DNA from: a virus
Virus record (IMG/VR): IMGVR_UViG_3300042988_001343
Coordinates: 1-64,000 of that record
Length of the DNA: 64,000 nucleotides
Reading direction: 5' to 3' (one strand)
Of the stretch, positions 44,899 through 52,471 are shown in pieces. A model generated the notes under the pieces. The model worked only from the letters and a program-made list of their open reading frames with translations. It had not been told where the DNA came from and ran no database searches. The position numbers and the translations under genes are program-made. Positions within the stretch are counted from its first letter, which is position 1. Each line of letters opens with the position of its first letter.

Positions 44899-45035
44899 CA
44901 GAAGAACTGTATAATGGTGTTCCTTTCTGTGACTTGTCTGAATTTGACAAAGAAAAGGTCAATCAGGGAATTTTGGAGGCCGATGAAGTGGAACATGAGG
45001 AGAATGAGAATGATCACCGAAACTCAGATTCTTGA
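44895..45035 (+). CDS. small acidic hypothetical protein
   Basis: 46 aa ORF. Confidence 0.3.
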   Translation: MTEELYNGVPFCDLSEFDKEKVNQGILEADEVEHEENENDHRNSDS

Positions 45036-45279
45036 AGCGGCGAAAGAGTGTGGTGGTTTTGAAGGTGAACTAGGGAATCACTTCCCATGCTTTACACCTC
45101 AGGAACTAATCAAACTCGCCCAACACTTCTACCGCCAAGGCTTGCTGGATGCTGCTGGGAAGTGTCACCAATACTCAGAGAAAACTCGAGTTGAATATCC
45201 AGAAGACCCGTCAAGCTGGGTAACCGCCGACGATCTAGCCGAAGCACTCAGCCATATGGCTTATGAGGTGGGAAAATGA
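45010..45279 (+). CDS. hypothetical protein
   Basis: 89 aa ORF in GC-rich island. Confidence 0.4.
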   Translation: MITETQILEAAKECGGFEGELGNHFPCFTPQELIKLAQHFYRQGLLDAAGKCHQYSEKTRVEYPEDPSSWVTADDLAEALSHMAYEVGK

Positions 45280-45539
45280 AATACTTACTAATAATTGCTA
45301 TGGTATTTCTATCTGCATGCTCTCCTGACTCACACAACCAACCAAGACAAGTTGGATATGTTATGCCAAAAGAACTTGAGGGGTGTAAGGTCTTTAAAGT
45401 AGATGGCGATGGACCTTATCTATACATTACTCGCTGTGAAAAATCAACAACTACTCAATGGCAACAGTCTAATGGAAAGACCAAAACAACTATTTCTACG
45501 GTTGTCATTGATGGTGTTACTTATGAGGTTAAGAAATGA
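45276..45539 (+). CDS. small lipoprotein
   Basis: MKYLLIIAMVFLSAC lipobox. Confidence 0.5.
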   Translation: MKYLLIIAMVFLSACSPDSHNQPRQVGYVMPKELEGCKVFKVDGDGPYLYITRCEKSTTTQWQQSNGKTKTTISTVVIDGVTYEVKK

Positions 45540-45886
45540 CAATACGAGCATGTTCTGTATGTTGGGGATCTGGTTACACGATGGATAAGAAACCGTGTCC
45601 ATGTGGTTGCATACCAATCCCAAGTTGGAGAAACCAAAACACTGTCGCTAGTAAACCTATTAAGAAGGAAATAAACATGGATCGCTTTGACTTAGAGCAA
45701 GATATCCTACAAACGTGGAATGTAATTACAGATATCCAAGCCGTTACTGATAGGTTCGAACAGGGTAAAATGAGTGCTGAAGATTTAGTAAAGTACATCA
45801 AAGCAACAACTAGTATGTACGATCTAAAATTCAACATCCTATGGGAACGCTTTGAGCAAGGCATCAAAGAAAGTAAGATTAAATAG
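45536..45886 (+). CDS. hypothetical protein
   Basis: 116 aa ORF; N-terminal CxxC...CPCGC. Confidence 0.45.
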   Translation: MTIRACSVCWGSGYTMDKKPCPCGCIPIPSWRNQNTVASKPIKKEINMDRFDLEQDILQTWNVITDIQAVTDRFEQGKMSAEDLVKYIKATTSMYDLKFNILWERFEQGIKESKIK

Positions 45887-46011
45887 TTTATTTGGAGAAT
45901 AATATGCAAGACCACAAGTCTATGACATATCATTGGCGCATCACAAAGGCGTGGAATGAAATTATGAGAATCTTTCTTGTAGGTGACCGTAGAAAAACTG
46001 CAAGAAAGTAG

Positions 46012-46065
46012 TTGACAATATTATCAACTTATTTTATAATGTATTTTTAGGTGAAGGAATAAAAC
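46012..46065 (+). promoter_or_regulatory. sigma70-type early promoter
   Basis: TTGACA 46012-46017, 17 nt, TATAAT 46035-46040. Confidence 0.6.
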
Positions 46066-46314
46066 ATGATTAATACAGCAGACATGAAAGCACTTTTGAA
46101 GTCAAATACAGTTGAAGTAACTTTTACAAAGGTAAATGGTGAACAGCGTGTGATGACTTGTACTCTAAAGGAAGATGTAATTCCAAAGTACGAAAAGAAA
46201 ACTGAATCTGTACGAGTAAAGTCCGATTCTTCGGTCTCATGTTTTGATGTAAATGCCAACGGTTGGCGATCTTTTAAACCAGAAAACGTAATTTCATTTA
46301 AGGTGATCGGATGA
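46066..46314 (+). CDS. hypothetical protein
   Basis: 82 aa ORF. Confidence 0.5.
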   Translation: MINTADMKALLKSNTVEVTFTKVNGEQRVMTCTLKEDVIPKYEKKTESVRVKSDSSVSCFDVNANGWRSFKPENVISFKVIG

Positions 46315-46448
46315 ATACACAAAAATTGGAAGAACTCATCAAGAAGCTTTCTAATCTTCCAGAAACTGTTGCCAAAGAGGCAGTAGCAATTCTAGAGGAT
46401 GTAAAGAAAGAAGTACAAGACCTACAAGAACTAATGCGGAGTAAGTAA
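46311..46448 (+). CDS. small hypothetical protein
   Basis: 45 aa ATGA-coupled ORF. Confidence 0.3.
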   Translation: MNTQKLEELIKKLSNLPETVAKEAVAILEDVKKEVQDLQELMRSK

Positions 46449-46597
46449 TGAAACCTCGGAATGAGAAATTACACTTCGATTTGCTAAATTGCAAGTGTGG
46501 TCCTCATTCCATCAAAGAGGGTCATAAGAAGCAAAAGCGGTCGAAGCAAAAGAAAGACTTTTATAACCAAGTGAAAAAGGAATTACATTATGGCTGA
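46448..46597 (+). CDS. small basic hypothetical protein
   Basis: 49 aa ORF. Confidence 0.3.
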   Translation: MKPRNEKLHFDLLNCKCGPHSIKEGHKKQKRSKQKKDFYNQVKKELHYG

Positions 46598-46751
46598 AAC
46601 TCAATATAAGTACCACCCAAAGAACCCAGCAAACCAAGCATTCAATGGACCTGGTCGCAAGAATCTGACCAAGCAGCGGTCGTGGTGGAATCGCAATTCG
46701 CCGACGTATTTTGCTAACCGCAAGTCGGACAAGAAGTCTAAACCAGAGTAA
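46590..46751 (+). CDS. small basic hypothetical protein
   Basis: 53 aa ORF followed by terminator. Confidence 0.3.
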   Translation: MAETQYKYHPKNPANQAFNGPGRKNLTKQRSWWNRNSPTYFANRKSDKKSKPE

Positions 46752-46752
46752 C

Positions 46753-46780
46753 AAAAGGTCCTTCGGGACCTTGTCTTTGA
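46753..46780 (+). terminator. rho-independent terminator
   Basis: aaggtccttcgggacctt + gtctttg. Confidence 0.6.
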
Positions 46781-46787
46781 GTATACT

Positions 46788-47165
46788 ATGAATCCTGTTA
46801 ACCTTGCAATTAAGCAAGCCAAGAAGGCAAATTTTAAACAGCGAGTAGGTGCTGTTATCTCCAAGGGAAATAATATTCTAGGACTTGGGTATAACCAAAC
46901 CAATCGCTATCAATCTAAAGTTAAATCTACCCATTACCCAGGATCAATGCATGCTGAAATAGCTGCAATTGTGGATGTAATGAGGAGAAATAGTCCTTCT
47001 GTACTCAAAGGATCTACGATCACTATCGTTCGACTCTTTAAGGATGATACTCCGGGTCTTGCATATCCATGTGAGGATTGCTACCCAGTAATCAAAAACT
47101 CCGGCATCAAAAAGATCAGATTTTCAAATAACGATGGTACATTTTCAACAATTAGTCTTTACTAA
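46788..47165 (+). CDS. cytidine/deoxycytidylate deaminase-fold zinc enzyme
   Basis: SMHAEIAAI (HAE) and YPCEDCYP (PCxxC) zinc-binding motifs. Confidence 0.55.
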   Translation: MNPVNLAIKQAKKANFKQRVGAVISKGNNILGLGYNQTNRYQSKVKSTHYPGSMHAEIAAIVDVMRRNSPSVLKGSTITIVRLFKDDTPGLAYPCEDCYPVIKNSGIKKIRFSNNDGTFSTISLY

Positions 47166-47350
47166 TCATATACTTATTACAAAATAGTGTAAGTTAAGCA
47201 TTTAAAGTAATGGGTAGATATCATTTGTGTCAAAAACTGACATTTGTCTGTCCCAAATATCTGATTATAAAGATGAATTTTTAGACATTTTCGATAGTAT
47301 TCCTTTTAAAAGGATAAATACTAATTCATTCTTAAAACTAAGGGAGACAC

Positions 47351-47701
47351 ATGATGCTGGAAACAGCTATACTGTGCCTAGCCCTGACCGTACTTCATGA
47401 ATCTAGAGGAGAACCAATTGAAGGTCAGGTAGCGGTTGCCCAAGTTATTCTAAATCGTGCAGGCGGCGATGTGAATAATGTTTGTGCTGTAGTAAATGCA
47501 CCGGGGCAATTTAAAGGCTTGAACTTAAAGAAAAAGTTCACATACGACATATCATCCACAAAACAGCTAGTCTCAGATGTGATAGAGGGAAACTATCCAG
47601 ACTATGCAAAGGGTGCTGTATTCTTTAAACACATCCATGCTAAACCATGGAAATACAAGTTTGTCACTAGGATCGGCAAACATAATTTCTACAAAAAGTA
47701 G
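47351..47701 (+). CDS. SleB-like cell-wall hydrolase domain protein
   Basis: LHESRGEPIEGQVAVAQVILNRAGG...GQFKG. Confidence 0.65.
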   Translation: MMLETAILCLALTVLHESRGEPIEGQVAVAQVILNRAGGDVNNVCAVVNAPGQFKGLNLKKKFTYDISSTKQLVSDVIEGNYPDYAKGAVFFKHIHAKPWKYKFVTRIGKHNFYKK

Positions 47702-47711
47702 AACAAATCGA

Positions 47712-47746
47712 TTGACATTAAATCATTACTCTAATATAATGTACTC
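47712..47746 (+). promoter_or_regulatory. sigma70-type early promoter
   Basis: TTGACA 47712-47717, 17 nt, TATAAT 47735-47740. Confidence 0.6.
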
Positions 47747-47971
47747 ATGGTAAGAGATACCATAATTTCTGAAATGGAGAAAATTGTGATTGAATTGATC
47801 AAACAGGTTTTTAAATCCAAACCACAACAAATCAATTTTGTAGGTAATGTGGATGAAGAAGCACTTCGTGCAGGGCTTAAGGCTAAACGAGACAAGGCAG
47901 TAGCCTATCTCGGCACGAAGTGGATTCTACATCCTGATAATCATGTTCGTAACAAATCAAAGGTGAAATAA
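47747..47971 (+). CDS. hypothetical protein
   Basis: 74 aa ORF. Confidence 0.45.
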   Translation: MVRDTIISEMEKIVIELIKQVFKSKPQQINFVGNVDEEALRAGLKAKRDKAVAYLGTKWILHPDNHVRNKSKVK

Positions 47972-48225
47972 TGACTGTAAAACTTTTCAAGCTGTCTAAT
48001 GGTGAAGAACTCATCGCCGAAGAACTAGAGGGTGGGGTTGTTAAGCGACCGCGCACATTGCGTTTGCTAGATGATGGTCGCCCAGGTCTGATGCCATTCA
48101 TTATGTTGGCACCAGAATCCGAAGTTAAACTTAACCAAGACCACGTTGTTGCATCTGTAGAAGCAACTCAAGAGGTAAGTAAGATGTACCTACAACAGGT
48201 CAGCGGCATTCAACTAATGAGTTAA
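47971..48225 (+). CDS. hypothetical protein
   Basis: 84 aa ORF. Confidence 0.45.
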   Translation: MTVKLFKLSNGEELIAEELEGGVVKRPRTLRLLDDGRPGLMPFIMLAPESEVKLNQDHVVASVEATQEVSKMYLQQVSGIQLMS

Positions 48226-48236
48226 TCGGAACTAAA

Positions 48237-48404
48237 ATGTTCAAAACGTTTGCAACAATTTGCTTGATTTGTATTTTGATACCTTTCATCATTCCACTAA
48301 TCATTGGAATGGCAGTAATCGGTGCTTCTGTATTTACATTCTTGCTTTTTGTTGCATACTATTCTATGGGTAAGTTAATCTTAATTATTGCGACATTGCT
48401 ATGA
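48237..48404 (+). CDS. small membrane protein
   Basis: 55 aa, strongly hydrophobic. Confidence 0.3.
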   Translation: MFKTFATICLICILIPFIIPLIIGMAVIGASVFTFLLFVAYYSMGKLILIIATLL

Positions 48405-48931
48405 TCCCAAAATTCAGTAGTAAAAATGATTTGTGTAGCTTCATCAAAGCCATCCCAGCAAATGTTAATTATGCTCTGATGCTCAAAAATGACTTTGGTA
48501 TTGTTGATTCTGAACCCACTCCACTGTCCTCAGAGTACATGTGGAAATACATGCTATACAAGACTGTAATTACAGAAGTAACTGGTAAGACTTTCAATGC
48601 ACCAACTCAAGCTGACATCGATTCGTTCATTGCAGAGCATCCGGATTTTGCTAGCAAAGAAATCAAGATGCCAAAAATCATCCGAGAAGTCAAACCAGAA
48701 GAAAATGTAATTCCAAAGATCAAACCAGCCATTATCAAACGAGAAGCTAAACGAGTATCTCCTATCAATGCACCAGATGGAGTCTATACAGTTTGGCAGA
48801 ATCCAGCATCCGGACGTTGGAATGGTTATATTGGTAGCAAAGAAGTTACCAGTATGAGTGAGAAAGAAAAGACAATTCGTAAACTAGTCAATTCTTTCGG
48901 TGCAGTACGTGAACATATCGTAGGTGTATAA
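48401..48931 (+). CDS. hypothetical protein
   Basis: 176 aa ORF. Confidence 0.55.
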   Translation: MIPKFSSKNDLCSFIKAIPANVNYALMLKNDFGIVDSEPTPLSSEYMWKYMLYKTVITEVTGKTFNAPTQADIDSFIAEHPDFASKEIKMPKIIREVKPEENVIPKIKPAIIKREAKRVSPINAPDGVYTVWQNPASGRWNGYIGSKEVTSMSEKEKTIRKLVNSFGAVREHIVGV

Positions 48932-48932
48932 A

Positions 48933-49193
48933 ATGACTCCAAGTATTAATCTCCAAACTAAGACCGGTCTTGAGCTCTACAACTCTACAAATACTCAATA
49001 TCGTTATAGTAAAGAACATAATTTCTTGACAGAATTTAAGTATAGTCTTACAATGAGATATACCAATCTAGAAAAGAAACTTATTGATTGGATTGATACT
49101 CACGAGATGGAGACAGAGGAAGAAATGTCCTATTGGCGAAACCAAGCAGAAACAATTACAGTATTAAAATACTTTGCGGAGCGTTTAGTATGA
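48933..49193 (+). CDS. hypothetical protein
   Basis: ORF. Confidence 0.45.
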   Translation: MTPSINLQTKTGLELYNSTNTQYRYSKEHNFLTEFKYSLTMRYTNLEKKLIDWIDTHEMETEEEMSYWRNQAETITVLKYFAERLV

Positions 49194-49378
49194 AAGTTAA
49201 ATTTAATCGTTACAAGAACATTATGACGGATGCTATTTTCTATGCACTGGTCGATGACCCTGTAATCCGTAGCATTGATAGTGAAACTTACATTGAAGTA
49301 ACTCAAGACTTCAAGCGTGCACATCTAGTACTTCTATCATCTCTACATAAAGATCAAGTAGTGGAGATTAATCTGTGA
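49190..49378 (+). CDS. hypothetical protein
   Basis: ATGA-coupled ORF. Confidence 0.4.
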   Translation: MKVKFNRYKNIMTDAIFYALVDDPVIRSIDSETYIEVTQDFKRAHLVLLSSLHKDQVVEINL

Positions 49379-49596
49379 CATCTTTTCTAGATTCAAAGAC
49401 TCTCCAAGAGGACATCGAATTCATTGTTAAGGTCCATAAGATGACTTACTTTGAAGCAATGTTACTCTATCTACACGATAACAGTATTGACCCGGAGGAG
49501 ATTGTTCCTATTATTAGTCCAAACCTAAAAGCTAAGATTTATGCTGATGCTATGTGTGATGGGCTGCTAAAGAAGGAAGAATCGTTAGATTGTTAA
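49375..49596 (+). CDS. hypothetical protein
   Basis: 73 aa ORF. Confidence 0.45.
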   Translation: MTSFLDSKTLQEDIEFIVKVHKMTYFEAMLLYLHDNSIDPEEIVPIISPNLKAKIYADAMCDGLLKKEESLDC

Positions 49597-50201
49597 TGGA
49601 TGGATTCAAGTTTTATAAGATTTACCAACCCATTTTTATTCATTTCACTTCTAAATTTGACCTTTTTGCATATAATGGTAAAGCACCAAAGACTGTAAAT
49701 TGGGATAATTACGAAAAATCAAAATACAAAATTCACTTAGATAAAGTTGGAGCAAGACTAAAAAATGACAAACAAGCTTTCACCACATGTGTTGCTAACT
49801 TCGTGTATGGTTCACAGCATTGGTTATATGAATCTGATTTCCACGATGCTACAAACATATGGAACAGTATCAATCTTGATTTTGTCCCGGTGTTCACTTC
49901 TGACCTAGAAGTCTTAAAATCATACATAGTAGATGGGAAAGTAAAAAATTTCAAGTCTATTATTACAAAGACTCCCAGTGGCAAAGCAGCACCGATTATT
50001 CAACTGTGTCTAACAAAGAGGATAACCTATGAAACAGTGATTGTTATTGACAAATGGTTTACTATGCTGGATCAATACACAGAAAGTCTAGATCCACTAG
50101 TACAAAGAGAAGTAACACTTATGAAGAAGTATAGTCCTTTTGTTACACATCGTTTTAACATGAAGGATTTAGCTAATAGTTTCAAGGAGATTTTTCAGTA
50201 A
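49590..50201 (+). CDS. 59: possible gp59-like helicase-loading protein
   Basis: position immediately upstream of gene 32 and loose N-terminal similarity (FYKIYQPIF vs T4 VYKLYLMIK). Confidence 0.35.
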   Translation: MLMDGFKFYKIYQPIFIHFTSKFDLFAYNGKAPKTVNWDNYEKSKYKIHLDKVGARLKNDKQAFTTCVANFVYGSQHWLYESDFHDATNIWNSINLDFVPVFTSDLEVLKSYIVDGKVKNFKSIITKTPSGKAAPIIQLCLTKRITYETVIVIDKWFTMLDQYTESLDPLVQREVTLMKKYSPFVTHRFNMKDLANSFKEIFQ

Positions 50202-50422
50202 TGGATTTTTTATCCAAGCAAGAAGTACGTGGTAATCGTAACAAGAACGGTAAATCTGGTCACAAATTTCAGTCATCTTACTTCGATGACGAAAAACAAA
50301 ACACCCGTAAGGCGGCAGGGCATCGTGGCCATTCTCGACACATTGAAGGAGACGTACATACAATCGACTTTGATGATGATTTTGAGTATGCAGACCTGAT
50401 CGATCCTCGGTTAATCAAGTAA
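50201..50422 (+). CDS. hypothetical basic/acidic protein
   Basis: 73 aa ORF between 59-like and 32. Confidence 0.45.
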   Translation: MDFLSKQEVRGNRNKNGKSGHKFQSSYFDDEKQNTRKAAGHRGHSRHIEGDVHTIDFDDDFEYADLIDPRLIK

Positions 50423-50598
50423 ACTAAATTGGATTAACATGAGAGTTTTGTTTATCATATGCTTGTTGGGTGCTGTTTATGGCACCCATCAGACATCAAC
50501 CGCCGCTGAGGCGACACTAAATAGCAATGATAATTATGAAGTACAAAGTGAAGCTATAATCAATGAATCACAAAATATACATTTAAAGGAAAATAAAC

Positions 50599-51474
50599 AT
50601 GAATCGTAAAAGCGCATTTAGTAATCTATTGGCTGCAGTGGAAAAGACAACTGCAGGTGGTTTCCAGAAGGATGACAAGGAAGGTTATTGGTATCCTGAA
50701 CGTGATAAGGCTGGTAATGCATTTGCAACCATCCGATTCCTACCATCTGGTAACCAAGACGGTGCACCATTCATTAAGATGCACAACCACGGCTTCCAAG
50801 GTCCTGGTGGTAAGTGGATGATTGAGAATTGCCCAACAACCATTGGTGATCAATGTCCAGTCTGTGAGGCAAACGGTACTCTCTGGTCTTCAGGTATCGA
50901 TTCTGACAAGGAAATTGCCCGTAAACGTAAGCGCAAGACTTCTTATGTTGCTAACATCGTAGTTCTACAAGACCAAAAGCATCCAGAGAATGAAGGTAAG
51001 GTTTTCCTATTCAAGTTCGGTCAAAAGATTTTTGACAAGATCGTTGATAAGATCAAGCCACAGTTTGAAGATGAGCAACCACTAAACCCATTTGATCCAT
51101 GGGAAGGTGCAGACTTCAAGTTGAAGATTCGCCAGGTAGATCAGTTTGCAAACTATGACAAATCTGAATTTGCATCCCAGTCTGAACTTGATTTGGACAT
51201 TGATGAACTTTTGACTAAGTGTGTTGATTTGGATACATTTACCGCACCAAGTAAATTTAAATCCTACGATGAACTCAAGAAAAAGTTCGATTCAGTAAAT
51301 GGTACATCTTCCTCTAAACCAAAGGTACAAGAATCAGAGGAAGATGATGACAGTGCTTTTATTGCTGCTCAGGTATCTAAGCAAAAATCCTCTAAACCTT
51401 CTCCAAAAGTAGAAGATGAGGAAGATGACGACGCATTGTCGTACTTTAAGAAATTAGCAGCTGAAGATGATTAA
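50599..51474 (+). CDS. 32: single-stranded DNA-binding protein gp32
   Basis: AFATIRFLPSGNQDGAPFIKMHNHGF...KTSYVANIVVLQDQKHPENEGKVFLFKFG closely matches T4 gp32; acidic C-tail. Confidence 0.85.
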   Translation: MNRKSAFSNLLAAVEKTTAGGFQKDDKEGYWYPERDKAGNAFATIRFLPSGNQDGAPFIKMHNHGFQGPGGKWMIENCPTTIGDQCPVCEANGTLWSSGIDSDKEIARKRKRKTSYVANIVVLQDQKHPENEGKVFLFKFGQKIFDKIVDKIKPQFEDEQPLNPFDPWEGADFKLKIRQVDQFANYDKSEFASQSELDLDIDELLTKCVDLDTFTAPSKFKSYDELKKKFDSVNGTSSSKPKVQESEEDDDSAFIAAQVSKQKSSKPSPKVEDEEDDDALSYFKKLAAEDD

Positions 51475-52321
51475 TACTTCGATTGTGTCTTGTTAGGGAA
51501 TTAGGATGTACTAACTTCTGACAAGTTTCACACCAAACTTTAGGGATATTTGTAATAGTATCCCTAATTTTTTGTCTGCATGCTTCTGACTTTTGTTTTC
51601 CGCTTTGTATATGTTTTAATTCACCAGAAACGTATCTAGGATCCTCTACTGATACATTGAATATATTACCGTTTGAATCTTTTACTGTTACTTGCCCGGT
51701 ACTAGGAGTTCCTTTATATTTGTGTCGATTTTCTTTATATTCTTGAGGAGTAATTTGTACTTGATTTCCATCTAAGTCGATTGCAGTCAATATGTTAGAA
51801 TTAACATGAGTATACTCTGAGGAACAATATTCATCTTGAGTTACTTTTATTTTATTTCCATGCTTATCATACACTAACACTAAACCTGCATTTATTGACT
51901 TCAAAGTACCATCTGAATCATAAACTTCTTTATCGACGTGATACCTATTACCATTTTTATCTATTACAGTTACTTTTCCTCTATTATCGACATAGCTATT
52001 GAGTCCATCATAATAACGTCTGTTTAATAGGTTTTCATTTCCCCAACACTCTTTAATCAACTCTTGTTCTACTCTATATGCAGCAATCGATCTTTCTTTC
52101 CAATTTCCTATAGGAAACTCTGCAACAATCATATAGTCAAAATTTTCAAAGCCTATTGACTTTACTATTTCTGAAGAAGTCTGATAAATTGGTAAATCTA
52201 AGTCTGGGGATTTATCCATGTGTGAAGTATATCTGGATCCAAAATAAAATTGGCCAGTTACTTTGTGTACTAACTTATAAACATATGGATTAATATTTGA
52301 ATAAATATTTGTGCTGGACAT
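51446..52321 (-). CDS. GIY-YIG (Seg-like) homing endonuclease
   Basis: YVYKLVHKVTGQFYFGS GIY-YIG; C-terminal D..GN..V repeats; 3' end overlaps gene 32 by ~29 nt. Confidence 0.7.
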   Translation of the reverse strand: MSSTNIYSNINPYVYKLVHKVTGQFYFGSRYTSHMDKSPDLDLPIYQTSSEIVKSIGFENFDYMIVAEFPIGNWKERSIAAYRVEQELIKECWGNENLLNRRYYDGLNSYVDNRGKVTVIDKNGNRYHVDKEVYDSDGTLKSINAGLVLVYDKHGNKIKVTQDEYCSSEYTHVNSNILTAIDLDGNQVQITPQEYKENRHKYKGTPSTGQVTVKDSNGNIFNVSVEDPRYVSGELKHIQSGKQKSEACRQKIRDTITNIPKVWCETCQKLVHPNSLTRHNRSINHLQLLIS

Positions 52322-52418
52322 AATTGTCTCCTTGATGATTGTTGAAATGTCTAGAGCCAATAGGTGGTGGTACACCGTGATTGGCATAATTATTTATCTT
52401 TTTATGGTTTTAGGAATA

Positions 52419-52450
52419 ACAAAAGGACCGAAAGGTCCTTTTTATTTGTG
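52419..52450. terminator. rho-independent terminator, same hairpin as at 6047
   Basis: aaaaggaccgaaaggtcctttt + tatttg. Confidence 0.6.
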
Positions 52451-52471
52451 CAACTTTCTGTTATTAGCAGA

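Noticed and set aside
47166-47350. 185-bp non-coding gap checked for tRNA or small RNA
   Set aside because: No cloverleaf-compatible stems or GTTCGA T-loop motif were seen. No tRNA was identified anywhere in the window.
491-47746. Regularly recurring about 60-bp repeats could be mistaken for a CRISPR array
   Set aside because: Spacing between copies is gene-length and irregular. Each copy contains a sigma70 promoter and SD, and copies are imperfect. This is not a CRISPR architecture.
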